64,000 nt of DNA, taken from positions 158,038,001 through 158,102,000 of the forward strand of contig OX597816.1 in assembly GCA_951406725.2 (NCBI GenBank), read 5' to 3'. This document shows, in pieces, positions 1 to 13,504 of the stretch; position 1 is the first letter of the stretch, and each line of letters opens with the position of its first letter. A model generated the notes under the pieces. It saw only the letters and a list, made by a program, of their open reading frames with translations, ran no database searches and had not been told where the DNA came from. The position numbers and the translations under genes are program-made. This DNA comes from Octopus vulgaris. Its lineage: Eukaryota.

Positions 1-769
1 CTAATTTACATGTAATTTTTTTTTATTCTACTGCTTGGGTGTCACAGACCTACAAGACAATATTCACTGGAGATGCAAACATTGTAACACCATGAGGCAA
101 TCTCATGGAGAAAGTGAAAATGACAACTTTCATGCACATCTATGCACACACATACACACAGAGGCTTCACTGCAGTATCCATCTACTGATCCACTCACAA
201 GCCACTGGCTGGCCCAAGGCAATAGTAGATAACATTGCACAAAATGCCATGCACTGGACCTAAACCTAAAACCACATGTTTGCCAAGTGAACTTCATAAC
301 CATAAAACCATGTCTGCACCTAGCCATGTGCATGTCTGTGCAAGTGTCATCTATTTATTACTTATACCACCAGCCATCCAAAACCGTTTTGTCCAAGTCT
401 TCATCACTCTTGCTCTTATTGCCCACACATCACTTTTATTCATGCTTCTCACTCTATAAGAAGGCAAATGAACAAAAGATGTGAGCTTGAGGTCCATTTA
501 GGTATGACAAAGACATGGCTATCTCTGTAGTGCTGGAGTTACAAAACAAGCACCCAGTACACTCTGTAAAGTGGTTGGTGTTAGGAAGGACATCCAGCTG
601 TAGAAACCAAACCAAAATGAAATATGATAAAGATAAGGAACCCTGATGCATCTATGCAAGCAGACTCACTCAACAAGCATTTTCAGCAGACGTAAAACAA
701 CAATGATGATAATGATGAAATAAATGTGTGTGTGTGTGTGTACATGTGTCTATGTTTGTTTATAAAACT

Positions 770-1088
770 CACACTCCAGTAGTTATGATGACAAGGGTTC
801 CAGGTGATCGTATCAATAGAACAGCCTGCTTGTGAAATTAATTTGCAAGTGGCTGAGCTCTCCACATACACACACACCCTTAACACAGTTCGCAGGGAGA
901 TTCAGCATGACTCAGAATGTGACAGAGTTGGCCCTTTGAAATATAGATACAACTCATTTTTGCCAATTAGGTGGACTAGAGCAACTCGAAATAAAGTATC
1001 ATGCTTAAGAACACAACATGCTGCTGGTAATTGAACTCACGGCCTTATGATCATGAGCTGAATACACTAACCACTAAGCCATGTGCCT
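770..1088 (-). mobile_element. tRNA-derived SINE, family D (my label)
   Basis: Minus-strand head GGCACATGGCTTAGTGGTTAG...GAGTTCAATTACC has A-box and B-box-like motifs. The body (aacagcctgct..gaaattaa..gcaagtggctgagc...gggagattcagc) recurs at 37165-37380 and 60383-60758. Confidence 0.75.
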
Positions 1089-1875
1089 TCAGTGTAATGG
1101 TTATCACATCTGCTTAACACACAGAAGGTCACTCACTAGAACCTGTGTTTGTTTATATCTGTGCTTACATATACGAAAGTCACAATGTTCAAATGTTATA
1201 ACTTCTCCAGTAATAAATCATTTTTTCATTTCATACCTTCAAAGCCCTTATTTGAACAAGGGGTAAGGGTCAGTGTCACAAAGGCCATCTGGCTGTAAAA
1301 CAATACATCAATAACATATTTGCCTAACTCATGCTATCTTGGAAAAAATGAATGTAAAATAAACAAATGAAAACAAATATATGTAAGTCTTATGCTATAA
1401 TACAGAACTGTGTATATCTAAAACATGTTGAGATTTTCCAAACTATTTTAATGGAGTGCTTCAGATTGAACAAAGATTCAGTGTTGTAGAATAACTGCCA
1501 GAATGAAAGGGAGGTTTTAGATTAATAGAACGAACAAGATGCCATCTATTTCATAGAAGAACTAGTTGTTTAGATCTAGCGAGTTTAGAGATGAAAGAGA
1601 GAGATATAAGGTGGGTGTGTAGTGTTGTGTTGGAAGAAAGGGGTAAATACAATTGAGAGAGAGAAAGTGAGAAGCATGAGAGAGAGAGAGAATGAAAGAA
1701 AGGGGGTGAGTGGAGAGAAGGAAAGATTAAAAAAGTAGGGAGAGGTGAGAAGACAAAAGTAATAGAAGTGGAGAAAGAATATGAGAGAGATAGAGGGAGA
1801 AAGAGACAGAGCAAGATGGCATCTAGAATAGAGAAACTGAGAGAGGATGCTGGTAGAGAGGAAGGGGAAAAGTGT

Positions 1876-1876
1876 A

Positions 1877-1957
<81 letters not shown>
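1876..1957. repeat. compound (TA)n(TG)n microsatellite
   Basis: Directly visible. Confidence 0.95.
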
Positions 1958-1959
<2 letters not shown>

Positions 1960-2127
1960 TGTACCATGTAAAAAGCAGTCTGCTGGGTGGTTGGTGTTAG
2001 GAAGGGCATCCAGCTGTAAAAATCCTGCCAAAACAGCCACAGAAGTCTGGTGCAGGCTTCTGCCTGGCTGGCTCCTGTGAAACTGTCCCACCCATGCCAG
2101 CATGGAAGGCAAATGTTAAACGATGAT
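1960..2127 (+). mobile_element. RTE-LINE 3'UTR fragment (family C)
   Basis: ggttggtgttaggaagggcatccagctgta...cccatgccagcatgga...ttaaacgatga matches the 3'UTR attached to the RTE ORF at 21453-21780. Confidence 0.75.
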
Positions 2128-2819
2128 TAGATAGACTGACAGGCAGGCAGACAGTTGGATAGATAGATAGAGAGAGAGGGGGGTTGAAATTGTTGTCAGC
2201 TTGATTCATCAGACTTTAATCAAAGACAATCCTATCCCTATCTTGACCAGTCTCATTTTTATACATCAAGAACTACATTGTCTAATGTAAGCGGTGGGGT
2301 GCAAATAATGATGGAGATTTGACCACTAGTGACCACACAAATGCTTCCAAGAATCATGATAGAGAAGAAGGTGGAGGTTATGGTGTTGGATTGGAAAGGG
2401 TTAAATTCCAAAGACAATTTTACCTTGAATGGAAAATGCCTTAGAATAATATTTGCAGTCTTAAAAAAAAAAGTTAAAAACATTTTAATAAACTAGGTGC
2501 TTTCTAAAATAAAATAAAAGTTTTTTAAATGTACCATCTTCAATGATAAAAACCTAAGAATATAATAGACACAACCCAATTTCAGCAACACATATTCAAG
2601 TAAAAAAAGAGAAGTCTTTAGTGCATTAAAACATGTAATAACAAGAGCACTCAGGGAACGCAAACCTCTGCCAAGGCAACACCAACGTCCTCTCAACAAT
2701 TAGCTGGCAACAATCATGCTCAGATGTGCTTCTAATGTTCCACTGACACAAGTGCCAATCAGGCGGTACTGTCATCGGCCCAACACTCTACAAAATAATA
2801 TTGATTTCACTACCCTAAT

Positions 2820-3015
2820 AATATTGATTTCAAATTTTGGAGCTCGGCCAGCAATACTAGGAGAGGGGGTAAGTTGATTACATCAACCCCAGTGTTTAAC
2901 TGGTACTTATTTTATTGACCCCCAAAAGGATGAAAGGCTAAGTCGACCTCAGTGGAATCTGAACACAGAATGCAAAGATGGATGGAATGCTGCTATGCAT
3001 TTTACCCAGCACTCT
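2820..3015 (-). mobile_element. SINE family B copy
   Basis: actggtacttattttattgaccccc.aaaggatgaaaggc.aagtcgacctc core shared with 32507-32727. Confidence 0.75.
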
Positions 3016-3894
3016 CCAAATAATATTAATCATATTTCTGTCCTTTATATTAATAGCAAAAAAATATCTCGCACGAAGGAAAATATAAGATGCAGTGAAG
3101 TAGCAGTATGGAAGACTGTAGATGTTTCAGAACAAAGTCAACAGGAAAAGATGTTATGGAAGTGGTACTGATGACCTTGGTAAAGTCTCTTAGTAACGAC
3201 AGCAGGAATAATGAAAAGACAGAGATTGTGGTTTTGTTTTTGTTTTTGGGGTTTTTTTTTGTTTTTTTTCTATATGAAAACCAATCACCAATTTTTCATA
3301 ATAGTTGAAAGATTCCTCACAACTTGGAATAATTGATGTTGATGTTGTTTTGTTTCTGCTACTCATTCGCTTTCTATTCTTGCATTCTATTATGTGACAT
3401 GAAAGAAAGAAAGAAATGGAAAGGAAAGACAGGAACAAACAAACAAAAAAACCAACAAGCAACTACAAGCTTTGCTTCCGTACAAACTTATAATGACAAA
3501 GAGTCATTTATGTTTAGGGGGCTTATAAATTGCATTCATTAATTCTGAACATGTTTATATTTACTATTGTGTTGGTATGAAACACCAGCAGAGGAGAAAA
3601 TATGTAGGGCATAGGCGTGGCTGTGTAGTTAAGAAGTCGACTTCACAAGCACATGTATCCCGGTTCAATCCCACAGGATAACACATACGGTCAAATATCT
3701 CCTGCTATAACAGCAAAATGACCAGTACTTTGTGAGTGAAATTTGGTATGACATAACCGGTGTAGAAATCTGCTACAATGATATTGTGTGTGTGTGTGTG
3801 TGTGTGTGTGTTTGTGTGCATGCGTGTGCATATATATAGAAAGAGAGAAAAGATAGATAAACAATAATAGATATAAGGAATTTATTTATATATG

Positions 3895-4068
3895 CCACTA
3901 CACTCTCAGAGTGGTTAGCGCTAGGAAGGGCATCCAGCTGTAGAAACTGCCAGAACTCTGCCAGATCAAGATTGGAGCCTGGTGTAGCCATCTGGTTCGC
4001 CAGCCCTCGGTCAAATCGTCCAACCCATGCTAGCATGGAAAGTGGACATTAAACGATGATTATGATGA
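3895..4068 (+). mobile_element. RTE-LINE 3'UTR fragment (family C)
   Basis: Same core as 21453-21620 in the opposite orientation, ending in a (GAT)n tail. Confidence 0.8.
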
Positions 4069-4329
4069 CATATATTTATAGGATGTAAAAATATATTTTT
4101 ACAGCAGTTTCAAGTACTCAGTGAATGATCAGTATCATATTATGCAAACAGGTGGACATAGTGAGGCAACATTACTCAGAAGCATATGAACAAAATTATT
4201 AGCAATTTGCATGAGACTTGATACATGAGTACTCTCTACATTACAAACCCCAAACATTCTCTTCAGAAGGAAGACTTGTCAAATATATGTAACATTTCAT
4301 ACAGATGAACTCCTTGCAATTATAATTGT

Positions 4330-4668
4330 TTATCTTTTACTTGTTTTATGCCTTGTAGGGTTTTAGCCAAACATATCAAGCAAAGGACTTTTTTTTTTTA
4401 AGCCTGATACTTATTCTATTAGTCTCTTTTGCTGAACTGCCAAGTTACGGAGATGTAAACACACCAACACCATCATCAAGCAATGGTGAGGGACACACAC
4501 ACACACACATATTTGACAAGCTTCTTTCAGTTTCCATCTACGAAATCCACTTACACGGCTTTGGTCAACACAAGGTTATAGCAGAAGATACTTGCAAAAG
4601 GTGCCACACAGTAGAACTGAACCTAGAACCATGTGGTTAGGAAGCAAGCTTCTTACCACAGAGCCATT
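4330..4668 (-). mobile_element. tRNA-derived SINE family A copy
   Basis: Reverse-complement similarity to the full copy at 31488-31880. Confidence 0.75.
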
Positions 4669-4831
4669 TTCCCTCATTAATATCCACTTGTACTTTATCT
4701 TTCTTCCAACCAACTCTTCTAATCTTGGACTACCTTACTCTGATTAAGAAGTAGATTAATGAGTCAGATTAAGAAGTTAGAGTTTAAGAATTTGATCAGT
4801 CTGAGCACTAATTTGGTGGCTATAAATATTC

Positions 4832-5468
4832 GGATCTTTTCCTTTTGAACGGCAGATGTCAACACAATTTCTAGTTAACTAAACACTTTTAAACTTCGTA
4901 TACTGGTAGAATGTGCTTATAAAACATCATTTTCTCTTGGATTTATTGAGAAAATTCTATAGTTTGTAAGATATTTTGTCTGAAAATCCAAGCATTTTGG
5001 CAATTTTAACCAATCGATTACCTCTATTCAACTAAAATCATTTGCTGCATCTAAAACTGAGACAACATCCTGTAACTAACCCTAAACCTCCCCCCTAACC
5101 CTAACCCTAATTTTTTTTTTCTTAATTGTTAAATTAATTTAATTCCATTGCTTTAGGTTTTTTTTACACGCCTAACAATTAAATTAATTTAATAATTAAG
5201 AAAAAAAAAATTTAGGGTTAGGGTGGAGGTTTAGGGTTAGTTACAGGATGTTGTCTCAGTTTTAGATGCAGCAAATGATTTTAGCTCAAAAGAGAGCATA
5301 GGATTGGTTAAAATTCGAAAAATTAAACTACGTTAAACAAACAAATTACAATTTTCTCAAGAAAGCCAAGAGAAAAAAATTTTATATTTTGACACATTCT
5401 ACCAGTATACGAAGTTTTAAAGTGTTTAGTTAACTAGAAATTGTCTGCTGTTCAAAAGGAAAAGATCC
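4832..5468. mobile_element. Foldback MITE with GG..CC termini and 8-bp TSD (Merlin-like)
   Basis: TIR GGATCTTTTCCTTTTGAAC / GTTCAAAAGGAAAAGATCC. Arms are complementary over about 300 bp. Identical flanks AAATATTC at 4824-4831 and 5469-5476. Internal (CCCTAA)n and (TTAGGG)n tracts. Confidence 0.88.
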
Positions 5469-6662
5469 AAATATTCAATGCTTGTATTATCAGCTTTTCA
5501 CCCACTATGTTATATGGTGGGAAATGGTATGAACTGTTTCCTGTAATTACATCATAATGATGCAAAACAACCATCAGGCATGCAAACACCCTATATTTGT
5601 TTTTTGTATGCCTGATGAGTAAGGGACAACATTATGAAGTAATTATACAAACAATTTGCAGTATTTCCCTGTTAGACTGTATCATGTTATTTTCATTTCC
5701 ACTAAACTGGTGTTGAGTGCTATTGTCTTATGTATGACACACACACATACACACACAAGGAAAAGGAAAGTATCTTTGAAGTTTCAGCTCAAATGCAATC
5801 ATCAGAATTTACATAATAAAAAGAAACATTTATATCACATGCATGTGTGTGTGTGTATACATACACGCACACCTACGTATCTAGTTATCCAGACTTATAG
5901 ACAGACATCTGTATATGTGTCAAACACACACCTGTTGCCTGTCAGACAGACAGACTGGTAAATAGGAAGGCAGATATACAGATAGATACTTAGGTAGGTA
6001 AATGGATAGGCTAACAGATGGACAGTTAGATACACAGGTAGAGATAAGTAGATAGGCAGGTAAACAGACAAATGAACAGATAGACAGGTAAATAGAGACA
6101 ATTTTCTTGTATCTTTTTTTTTTCCTGTTATAAGTTATTGGATTTTTGCAAAAACTATATGTTAAATGTCTGTATTATGTCTATTTCATTTTTCATAACC
6201 AGCAGTATCCATCAATGGGTGATTAGTAAACACTATCCACTCCAGTGGAGACAACACTGATATGTTGTGACTGTCATGCATTTTCAAAGAGAAGTGAAAT
6301 AATTCTAGACATAAGGAAAGACAACTAAGCTGCTTACTCAGCCAGCTGAGAACAAATCACCATTCTACATCACAGAGAATCTACTTAGTCATTCCAACTT
6401 GTTAGAAATTGTTAGAAATCTCCTTCAAAACACACCCCACCAACTAAAGAAAAAAAGCAACATTAAATCACGAAGTCCTTGATAGCTCCAAAAAGACAAG
6501 ATGGTCATGGTTGGAATGTCATTGAAGGGAAGTTTGATCAATCAGGGTCACCCCAATCTTCAACATTAACATATGTACAAGTAAACGAAATAATAGAAAT
6601 TAAAGTTGTGGCATTCATTCAACAATGGATATGAAAACATACAGCAGTCCATAATGGTTGCC

Positions 6663-6715
<53 letters not shown>

Positions 6716-9477
6716 GTATGTATTTATTTTTTTTTTAAATTAAAAAAAAAAAACGGAATATTTTTTCTTCATTATCTTTAATTGTAGACTTAGTGAGATT
6801 TGGTGCAATATGCAAATTAGATTTAACAGGTAGAATTTTTAATGAGTTAGTTAGACAGCAGAGAATTAAGAATCGTAATGTCACAAATCAAGTTGATTCT
6901 TGTAACAGGAATGAAACTAGCAGAATGATAATTACCAAACTGGCACCACATAAAGAGCACTCACTCCAGCTCCACGTAGAAAGCACTTGTGCCAGTGCAA
7001 CGTAAAAAGCACATACAAGAGGCTTCTTTCAGTTTCCATCTACCAAATCCACTCACAAGATTTTGGTCTGGCCAAGACTATATCAGAAAAAACTTGCCTA
7101 AGGTGTCACGCAGTGGGACTGAACCCAGAACCTATGTGTTTGAGAAACAAACTTCTTAGTTATAAAAAAGAAACAAGTTCCCTAACTAGATAGTGCATTA
7201 TGCCCTTGAGCAAAACACTCCACTTCCATGTTGCTCAGCAATCACTGACATTTGATGCATGGCACATTGTGCAGCTTGTTCAACTAAATTTCTTCAAGGT
7301 GCTGCCCCAGCATGGCCACAGTCTAATGACTGAAACAAGTAAAAGGTAAAAGATAACCTTATAAGCAACACATGTCAAATTAATAAACTGATCATTTTTT
7401 TTTTTTTACATGTATTGGAATTACTGAAATGGAGACCAAAGAGAGAAGGTAATTCTTCTGAATAAAAACTAAACTTAAATATGAGTGATAAGAATATGTG
7501 CTAATTAAAGCCTAAGGTGTTTTTTTTTCTTGTTTTTTTTTTCTGGTTTGTTTTTCTTTTAATTACGAGAGCAATAAACTCAAATGTTACTATAAATATT
7601 GTTTTGTACCTCTTGGCAAGGTACATAACTTTGCTTGCCTCAGTCTGTCAAGCTGCCAAATGAGATTTCACTACCTTTATGGATGAGTGGTTAGCAGCAG
7701 ATAGAGGTTCTGTTTATAAAAACAACTCCAATATCCAGATTTGCCTACTAACCTATCTATTTACTTGTATCCGGGTTTGTCTTGTATGCTTGGCTACATT
7801 TGCTAGTTGAAATGATGTCTCAGACAGCTACAATATCTATGCTGATTGAAGCCATATTCAACCAGCATACTGGAGAGAGATTGGATATTTTGGACCAGTC
7901 ATCAGTATGCAACCCATTGCTCAAACACAGAATCAGATTAACAGCAGCATGGATGAAAACCTCAGAGAATACTGACATAGAAAGCCAAACTAATATTTTC
8001 TACCATGAGTCCAACCCATCTATGATTGTATGTAAAAATGGATGTCAAAATATTAAAACAATTTTAAAACAATCCTCTTTGAAGAATTTAATGTTAGCAC
8101 CCAAATTGGGTCAAGAATCATAGGAATGATGAAATCTCTAAGGGTATGTAGGCTTGCCTTAGACATTGTCTTAATTCTATCACTGGCTCCTACTGAAGAA
8201 TGCCTAATTTTCTTCTCTGCTTCTTTTATCAGGGTGGCAAACGTTTTAACAGGTCTTAAATATTTTCTACCTCCTTACAAAATTAGTTCACTAAAATTTT
8301 GAGAAAGTGAAACATTATATAGGAACACATGTCTTACTGACATAAAAATTACACAGCTTCTATAAATATTCAATACTGAAGTCTTGAGATTCTCCCATCT
8401 TCCATCTCATTGCTTCTCCATAAGAGGTGGAGATAACAGAAGGAAAAAAAGACATATTTCGAATGATAAAAATTTTGACAAACTGAATATCTAGAATTAA
8501 ATCTCCAATATATAAATAAAAAATTTTTTTTAAATTCTAGAAGTCATTTAAGCAAATTTTTTCTCCCCTATAACAATATAAGGTTCATTTTCTTTCATGT
8601 CGCTGCCATCTTGAATTTTTTTACTAATTTTTATTGCATGAAAATATTTCAAGTGTATAATGATGGAATGTTGATAATGGAAGCAGCACAATAAACTCAA
8701 TCTGTACAAGAGAGCCCTCTTTTTCCCCTACTTTTTAACAATTATATTATCATTTTATTCCTATATTCTACTTTTTAGAGAGGAAATAAAATTATAAATA
8801 ACTACAAAAAAAAAAATATTTCATTGAAAAAAATTATCTCTTCTTGAGTCAAAATTTTTCTCTCTTCCTTCCCAAGAGATACGAAGAATCTTATTTTCTG
8901 TATTTATTTTTATATCAGTCATTAAGATGAAAAAAATTAAAATGAGGTGAAACTGCTGAGCACAATTAATTTATATAAAGAAATTGTAAGGTTGATGAGT
9001 CAGAGTGAACCGAACCGACATAAAACTATGAGATTTCATTTAGAACAATATACAAATCAGATACACACTCACACCGACACACAATCAATCTCTCTCTCTC
9101 TCTCTCTCTCTCGTACACACAAATCCCTTACACACACATATACAGAAAGTGATGTGCTATAATGTCTTTTCTCAATGAGTGATTTAAACGAGACAGAACT
9201 GAATGAATATAAGAGAGATGAATAAATACATCACCTTTAATTAATAGGCTCTTGATATAGGGGCTGTTCCTTGCATTTCCTAGTCTTTTTCTTTGATTAT
9301 TGTTGTTCAAACTGAACAAACGACATATCGTTAAACTTTCTAAATGAATGATATGGAAATAAACACATTTCAAACAACAGCCATAATCAAACACACACAC
9401 ACACACAGCTCCATGCATACACATATATACACCCCAAGGGTGAGAAGATATTATTTGTGTCGTCAAAAATAGGATGC

Positions 9478-9700
9478 TTATTTCTTTATTGCCCACAAGG
9501 GGCTACACATAGAGGGAACAAACAAGGACAGACAAAGGGATTAAGTCGATTACATCGACCCCAGTGCATAACTGGTACTTAATTTATCGACCCCGAAAGG
9601 ATGAAAGGCAAAGTCAACCTCGGCGGAATTTGAACTCAGAACATAACGGCAGACGAAATACCGCTAAGCATTTCGAACAGCATGCTAACAATTCTGCCCT
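9478..9700 (-). mobile_element. SINE family B copy (fused to a family C fragment)
   Basis: Near-identical to 32507-32727 and retains CpGs. Confidence 0.85.
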
Positions 9701-9770
9701 TCCTAACACCAACCACTTTACAGAGTGTGCTGGGTGCTTGTACATGGCACCGCATGGGTATGTATGCGTT

Positions 9771-9813
<43 letters not shown>

Positions 9814-10497
9814 TGTATACTCATCTAATGAGTATGACCATTGCTGACAGATTGACTTGTAACTGGTTATTTCTACAAACATGAGATTGACAGTGACTCA
9901 TGAAACTGGTGAAAAACTTACAATTTGCTCAAATGCTGCAAACTGAATTCATGTTTTTTGGCCCAATAGTTAGGCCTCTAAGGTGAGAGATCATTAAGGG
10001 TCTTCATACATATACACAGAGAGAGAGAGAGAGAGATAGTTGAGCTCCCATGCTAAAACAGATATTGGGGCTTAGAGCAGTCCTCTGGTTCACTGGATCC
10101 TGTCAAATCATCCAACCCATACCAGCATGGAAGAAGACAGATGTTAAGTGATGATGATTTCAATGCCATCGTGGAAAAAAATAAACAGTTTATTCATTTT
10201 GAAGGAGGGGGTGTGTTCCACTACCACCACACACACACAAACACACAGAAACAACAACAGAGACAAGTAATAATAAAAAAAAAGAAAAAGAATCTGTATA
10301 GGTCAGAGAAGAGCTTCAAATGACAGAGATAATGGTAAACTTCAACAAGAATAACTATTATTGCTGCTGTATTGCAGTAACAACAGATAAATAAGAGACA
10401 ATCACAGCAACCTTAGAATCATAGCAGCAATCATAGAGTGAGTAGTTCTAGAAGTAAGAGCATTAGCTGTAGTAGAATGTTGGTAATAGAAGTTATA

Positions 10498-10806
10498 ATA
10501 ACAAGAGCACTCAAGAGAGTGCAAATCTCCACCAAGGCAACACCAATGTCCTCTCAATGATTAGCTGGAGATGATTTTTAGAATGAGAATATCTGAAACA
10601 AACTTGACTGCTCTCACAAACGAGAATACTAAAAATGAACCCAACTGCTCTCAAAAAATTAAGTAAAACAAATGGAAAAATAATCCAGAATCCTTGTCCA
10701 GTACTGGATCGATCCCAAAATCTAATCAGTTCATGCCAGCCATGAGGCCAAACATCTCCGAAAGTTCCACCTGAATCCATCCAGTGGTTCTCAAGGCAGA
10801 GGTAAT
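10498..10806 (-). mobile_element. Helentron-associated non-autonomous element (HINE/DINE-like)
   Basis: Terminal hairpin GCACTC-aaga-GAGTGC (10507-10522) lies next to a subTIR-like CTCCACCAAGGC, with a degenerate partner GGCAGAGGTAA at 10795-10805. A truncated sister copy is at 2637-2707. Confidence 0.55.
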
Positions 10807-10967
10807 AATAATAGTAATGCTAGATGTAATGGTATAGTTGTTCTAATAATTATAGTAGTAGTAGTAGTAGTAGCAGCAGCAATAACTAATTGTATTCAAT
10901 TTCATGGTTACATCATCAAAACCATCAACAATTTATAGGTTTGGTAATAATCTCTTAGAACATTTAC

Positions 10968-11133
10968 TTCTTATCATTCCAAAGCAGCCTTAGGGAGTGA
11001 ACACTTCGTATAACACAGCAATGAAGGCGGGAAGAGAAGATGGAGGTTAAGGAGGACGACAGCTTGTTGCTGCCAGCAACTTTGATAAATAATTGAAGAC
11101 TTGGTTGGCTTATTCCTGGATGTAGAATCACAG
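10968..11133 (-). other. candidate spliced exon (probably UTR/non-coding)
   Basis: Minus-strand acceptor ttttgttttattttttcag|CTG and donor AGAA|gtaaat bracket 166 nt of non-repetitive sequence. No recognisable protein. Confidence 0.4.
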
Positions 11134-11549
11134 CTGAAAAAATAAAACAAAACCAAATCATAGTTGTCACGGTGGAAGTGGTTGCTGTAGTTTATTCTCA
11201 AGCCAGCTTTGCTCTGATCAAGCAAATTCATGATCAAAGACAGTCCAGCTGTTACCATTTTGACCCTCCTCACCATCCTCTCCATTTTTTTTTTTGTTTT
11301 TTGGCAGAACTACGTTATACATTGTAAGCTTTTACTGAATTTTTTTTTACTATATGGTGTGTCTAATATTAAGTGTGACTGTTATTTCTAGTAAGTTATG
11401 TTACCACACAGAGGATCTTTCTTTGATTCCTATGTTCATAGTTGATTGATATGGCAGTCTCAGTGTGTCCTTGTCTTGCATTTAAGATCACACACACACA
11501 CACACACACAGATATACATACACACTTATTCTCTCTCCCTTTCTCTCAT

Positions 11550-11588
<39 letters not shown>

Positions 11589-12125
11589 CATACAAATATA
11601 CACATTTGATGTCTCTTTTTCTCTCTCTCACACACACACACACACAAACTATATAGCTTTAAGTATCATTTAAAAGAATGCCTGGAGGGAATTAACAGAT
11701 GGCATTACTAGAAACAGGGCAGACATACACACACAGAATGTAATTCAAAGAACCAGTCTTCAGAGACATGGCGGTCACTAATTAAAAAATATAATTACTA
11801 TTTTCAGGTGTGTTGAGGTAGAAAAAGAGAGATGAGAACAAATTAAGGGTGGGAGAAGGAAAGAGAAAGTGGGTGAAACAAAGAGAGGCAAGATATATGT
11901 TAAATGAAAAGTACAAAAGGATAAATGTAACAAAAAAAAAAAAAAAACCTTTTTTAACTCTATCAACAGGTATGCATCTTACCTAGACACATTTCTTTAT
12001 ATACAATGTAAATCTTTACTGAATTTTTTTTACATGGTGTGTCTAAAATTAAGTGTGACTTATTTCTAGCCAGTTAAATTACCACAATGAGAAGAACAAA
12101 CAGCAGGAAGGAACCATACATTATA

Positions 12126-12512
12126 TCTCTCTCTATATAAACGGCAGTTTGTCTGTGCGTGTTTCTGTGTGTCTGTTTGCTTGTACCCTCACCCTGACCA
12201 CGGCTTTCAACCGATTCTGATGAAACTTGACACACACATAGCCCAACGTCATAATTCAAAACTAACGCAACGAAAATTTTGAAAAGTTCCCCCAGTTCTG
12301 AAAAAATCAATAAATTCGACATGGGGTCGAGAATCAGAAACACGAACCACAAACTGTCTAGGGGACGCAACTCCACCTTTTTTTAAATCTCAAAAAAAAA
12401 TTTACCATCATTTTTTTTCCATTTTTTTTGCTATTTTTTGGCTATCACTCTCTAAAAATGCTTTATAGTTATTTCCCTTACAAACCTGAGCAACGCCGGG
12501 CGATACTGCTAG
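12126..12512 (+). mobile_element. non-autonomous Helitron
   Basis: 5' A|TC start, subterminal hairpin CCTGAGCAACGCCGGG, 3' CTAG|T end, no TSD, (GTCT/GT)-rich 5' region. CpGs retained. Confidence 0.8.
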
Positions 12513-13207
12513 TATATATATATATACATAAAAATTTATCTTGACTTATTTCAGTTATTAGACAGGTCATGCTGGGGCACTATCTTGAAGAATTTTTATT
12601 CGAATGAATTCACCCCAGTACTTTTTTTTCTTCTTTTAGACTAACACTTATTCTATCAGACTCTTTGTCCAAACCGCTGAGTTACAGGGATGTAAACACA
12701 CCAACACCAGTTCTCAAGCAGTGGTGGGGATGGACAAACACAAGCACAAAGGCACACATACATATTTTATATAAATAGGAAATAGTATTGTAATAATATA
12801 TTTTTTATATAAAACCTTTTCACTGATCTCGGTTCCGTTTATGGCTGGGGCTATTGGCTGAGTATACAGGCATTAATGTAGCAGATATTTTAAATTTAGT
12901 CTCTTCAGTAGACCTAGCTGATGACGACCAATCAGTTTTACAATAATAAACGTATTCTGAAAAGTCTGTAAACTTGGGTGCTAGGTTGTCGATTTCTCTG
13001 ACGTTCTTCCTAGAGGTCAGATGAAAAATTTTTATATTCACCACCTGCACACATCTTTGCTTCCATACATCCACTATTGAACATTTAAATAATAAAAGAC
13101 AAAGTCAACCTTGGTAGAATTTGACCTCACAATGAAAAGAGCTGCAAGAAAGCTGTGGAAACATTTTGTGTGATGTACCAACAACTCTGCCAACTTACCA
13201 CCAAAAT

Positions 13208-13477
13208 CAGTGGTTCCCAAAGTGGGCAGTACTGACCCCTTAGGGGTGGTGGAAAGATCCGGGGTGGGGTGTTGAAGAAAAGTGGGATGATAAAAGTGGG
13301 GTGATAGATGTAAAAAGAAAAAATATTAATAGGTTTAAGTTTTACTTGTGAAATACAGTTGTTTTGAATTTGCTGCAGAAAGTGGCCTACATTTGTGGTA
13401 GGGAGCGGGGGTAGGGCACTACGAATGTGGCCTGGTTGCCAAGGGGGCGGTAGCCTAAAAAAGTTGAGGAACTACTG
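13208..13477. mobile_element. hAT (Charlie-like) MITE
   Basis: Termini CAGTGGTTCCCAAA / TTGAGGAACTACTG. Flanks ACCAAAAT and ACCTAAAT form a 7/8 8-bp TSD. Confidence 0.75.
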
Positions 13478-13504
13478 ACCTAAATAACAACACTTTCAAC
13501 AACA

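Noticed and set aside
1551-2112. Long ORFs of 152 and 175 aa
   Set aside because: Built from GA-rich low-complexity DNA, microsatellite and a LINE-UTR fragment.
5077-5240. Telomere or chromosome-fusion scar
   Set aside because: The short tracts lie symmetrically inside a TSD-flanked MITE.
12820-13074. 84-aa ORF or exon candidate
   Set aside because: Weak donor and no recognisable domain. It cannot be supported without expression data.
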